Positions 34,940-36,800 of a stretch of DNA of 36,800 nucleotides are shown here, piece by piece. The DNA comes from Nanobdellati archaeon (GTDB lineage: Archaea; Nanobdellota; Nanobdellia; Woesearchaeales; JAADFO01). Under the pieces are notes generated by a model. The model was given only the letters and a program-made list of their open reading frames with translations, was not told the origin of the DNA and made no database searches. The stretch spans positions 1-36,800 of the forward strand of contig JAADFO010000028.1 of NCBI GenBank assembly GCA_013152815.1, given 5' to 3'. A program made the translations under genes and the position numbers. Numbering within the stretch: the stretch's first letter is position 1; each line of letters starts with the position of its first letter.

Positions 34940-35186
34940 TTTGTAGTTTTGTAGAAAGTGAGGCCGGCATCCTTCGCGAGACCTTACCCTGCTCAGGACC
35001 GGAAGAGTTCTGGGGGACCCCTTCGGGCGGGAACGGCAGAAGCAGCGTCAGCGGTGGCCGAGCCCGATGCTGCCATGCACCATCGTAGCATTCCAGAGCC
35101 TATCAGGAGCTTTTTCTCGTAACGCTTCAGCTGCAGATCGTCAAAGAACGACGTGTCAGGGAAAACGTGCGATTATCGAGAAACAT

Positions 35187-35351
35187 TCATCCCCTGCGGT
35201 GCCGCTGCCAGGACAGCAGGAGAAGGACAGCCAGGAAGAGGAAGCCGGTCAGGGCATACCACAGGAAGTTCGTCTCGGGTTCAGGGAAGAGGAACAGGAC
35301 GACAAGAGCAAGGACCAGTACGATTAAAGAAGAGGAACGCGGGATCTTCAT
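35187..35351 (-). CDS. Small 2-TM membrane protein (54 aa; not in ORF track)
   Basis: MKIPRSSSLIVLVLALVVLFLFPEPETNFLWYALTGFLFLAVLLLLSWQRHRRG*; starts 2 nt after the TIM-barrel stop. Confidence 0.7.
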   Translation of the reverse strand: MKIPRSSSLIVLVLALVVLFLFPEPETNFLWYALTGFLFLAVLLLLSWQRHRRG

Positions 35352-35353
35352 CG

Positions 35354-36800
35354 TCACTCCAGCTGGACTCCTGACCAGAGGGTCCAGTCGTTGCTGGGAG
35401 AATAGCCGCCGAAGACAAAATTGGGCGGATAGGAACGGCCAAAGTAGGAGTTCTGGACCTCGCCCCAGTTCCTCGGGGGGGCGCCCACAGAAGTGCCGGC
35501 CGCGCCCATGCCATACACCTCACTGCCGAAATGCCGCCAGGTCTTCATGAGGCCGTGGAAGTCGGAGTTGTCGGTCGACGCGTCGGCACCCGGCTCGACC
35601 GTATAGGCACCGTCATAGCCGTACTTCTTGATGACCTTGACGATGTCCTTGATCGGCGAGTTCCCCTGGCCAGGGGCAAGGTGCTCATCCTCGAACCCGT
35701 AGTTGTCTGACATATGGACATTGCCGATGTAGCCGTCCTTCGCCAGGGATTCCATCTGGCCTACGGCCCACTTGTTGAACGCCTGCTGGTTCTGTTCCGG
35801 CGACTTGTCAGGGTCGTTCTGCCAGTACTTCCGCCACATGTTGAGATGGCCGGTGTCGATGGTCGCCTTGATATGCTGCGCAGCGATCTTTTCTGCCTCC
35901 TCTCGCGAGATGCCCGGCCGGTAGTTCGGGTTCCTCGGGTCGTTGTAGGAGCCGTACTGCGGGTTGCTCTTGACCATCTGCTCATGCCACTGCGAACCCT
36001 GAAGGTCCTTCGGGATCTCTTTCTTGGTCATGAAGTCGACCATCCGTTCCCTTGCCTTCCTGATGATCCACTTCAGCTCCTGGGGATGCCCTCCGAACCG
36101 TTCCGGAAAGATGTGCTCCAGGGTCAGCACGACAGGTCGTGAGGTATCACGGGACTGGTCCATGGCCCGGAGGCCTGCCAACGCATAGTAGTTCACGAAG
36201 TTCTTCTCGAAGTACTTCTCCGGCGTCTTCAGGTGCTTCATGGTCTCGATGGTGTCCATGGCCTGCAGTTCCTGCGAGTTTCCCGATTGCTGGGCATATT
36301 CCAGAAGTTTCTGCTGGTGTGAGATCTCTTCATTGATCATGGCAAGAGGGTCCTTCATCTCCGGGCCGAGCAGGCCTTTGGTGAATTGTGCCATGGTGGC
36401 GTCCTGTTTGAGGAGCTTCCATTTCTCCTCTTCAGGCAGGTTCCGGTCGATCGTCTCATAATGTTTCCTGAGCTTCTTGAGACGTTTGATGCGTTCGATA
36501 TAGCCAGGAACCTCATTGGAGAACTGCAATGCCCATCCAAGAGAGTATCCTGCCTGGGTCTGCATCGTGCTCTTCATGTACATCTCCCGACCAGAGGTCT
36601 GGTTATAATAATCTGGCTTCTGCCCGGTGATGTTCGAGAAGGAACGGTTATACTCAAAAGCTTCCTTCTCGAAATACTCCAGGTCCTGGTAGCGTGTCTT
36701 GAACCGGCCGGTCTTCGAGTCGATCTCAGGAACCCTGCCTCCGACGAACTTGTCGGTCATCCCGCGCTCGAACTTGATGCCGAAGGGGTCCTCGATCTTC
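35354..36800 (-). CDS. Large xylose-isomerase/endonuclease IV-like TIM-barrel metalloprotein with helical insertions (5'-truncated)
   Basis: Frame is open to the window edge; LTLEH, TIDTGHLN, VHMSDN, DEHLAPGQG, TVEP metal-ligand motifs. Confidence 0.82.
   Translation of the reverse strand, partial: KIEDPFGIKFERGMTDKFVGGRVPEIDSKTGRFKTRYQDLEYFEKEAFEYNRSFSNITGQKPDYYNQTSGREMYMKSTMQTQAGYSLGWALQFSNEVPGYIERIKRLKKLRKHYETIDRNLPEEEKWKLLKQDATMAQFTKGLLGPEMKDPLAMINEEISHQQKLLEYAQQSGNSQELQAMDTIETMKHLKTPEKYFEKNFVNYYALAGLRAMDQSRDTSRPVVLTLEHIFPERFGGHPQELKWIIRKARERMVDFMTKKEIPKDLQGSQWHEQMVKSNPQYGSYNDPRNPNYRPGISREEAEKIAAQHIKATIDTGHLNMWRKYWQNDPDKSPEQNQQAFNKWAVGQMESLAKDGYIGNVHMSDNYGFEDEHLAPGQGNSPIKDIVKVIKKYGYDGAYTVEPGADASTDNSDFHGLMKTWRHFGSEVYGMGAAGTSVGAPPRNWGEVQNSYFGRSYPPNFVFGGYSPSNDWTLWSGVQLE

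Noticed and set aside
34990..35010. SRP RNA-like CAGGACCGGAAG motif
   Set aside because: The following bases do not supply the pairing strand or the AGCAG motif of SRP helix 8, so it is not called as SRP RNA.

Overview
Gene-dense archaeal DNA, most likely from a DPANN lineage (Woesearchaeota-like; inferred from gene families, TATA/BRE promoters about 25 nt upstream of leaderless starts, GGAGGTGA-type ribosome-binding sites and a class III pilin). The left third is mostly housekeeping: tag, HemK2 methyltransferase plus an atypical kinase, purL-purQ with a double-length purS, a short NFACT protein, a KaiC/RAD55 ATPase with a beta-propeller partner, an MFS transporter, a pilin, folC and nnr. The most interesting region is a tightly packed 7-gene minus-strand run at about 16.4-22.2 kb: small membrane protein, helical protein, prenyltransferase-repeat protein, bacterial-type dynamin-like GTPase, signal-less ApbE flavin transferase, ferric-reductase/NOX-like membrane oxidoreductase, and a membrane-anchored protein ending in ...RTRAS, a candidate non-canonical flavinylation substrate. 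The right half is a metal/stress region: CxxC-x17-CxxC protein, permease pair, cold-shock protein, MgtE, half-size MFS, DedA-PAP2-LssY, a membrane protein plus wHTH, an ArsR-led operon ending in CopB, and Fur/PerR with a micro-ORF and an orphan encapsulin-type ferritin. It ends in a 5'-truncated, heavily inserted TIM-barrel metalloprotein. Three small ORFs below the ORF-track cut-off were read by hand. No rRNA, tRNA, CRISPR array or transposase was recognised. There is a 5-N gap at 24393-24397. All calls come from motif recognition by eye, without database searches.
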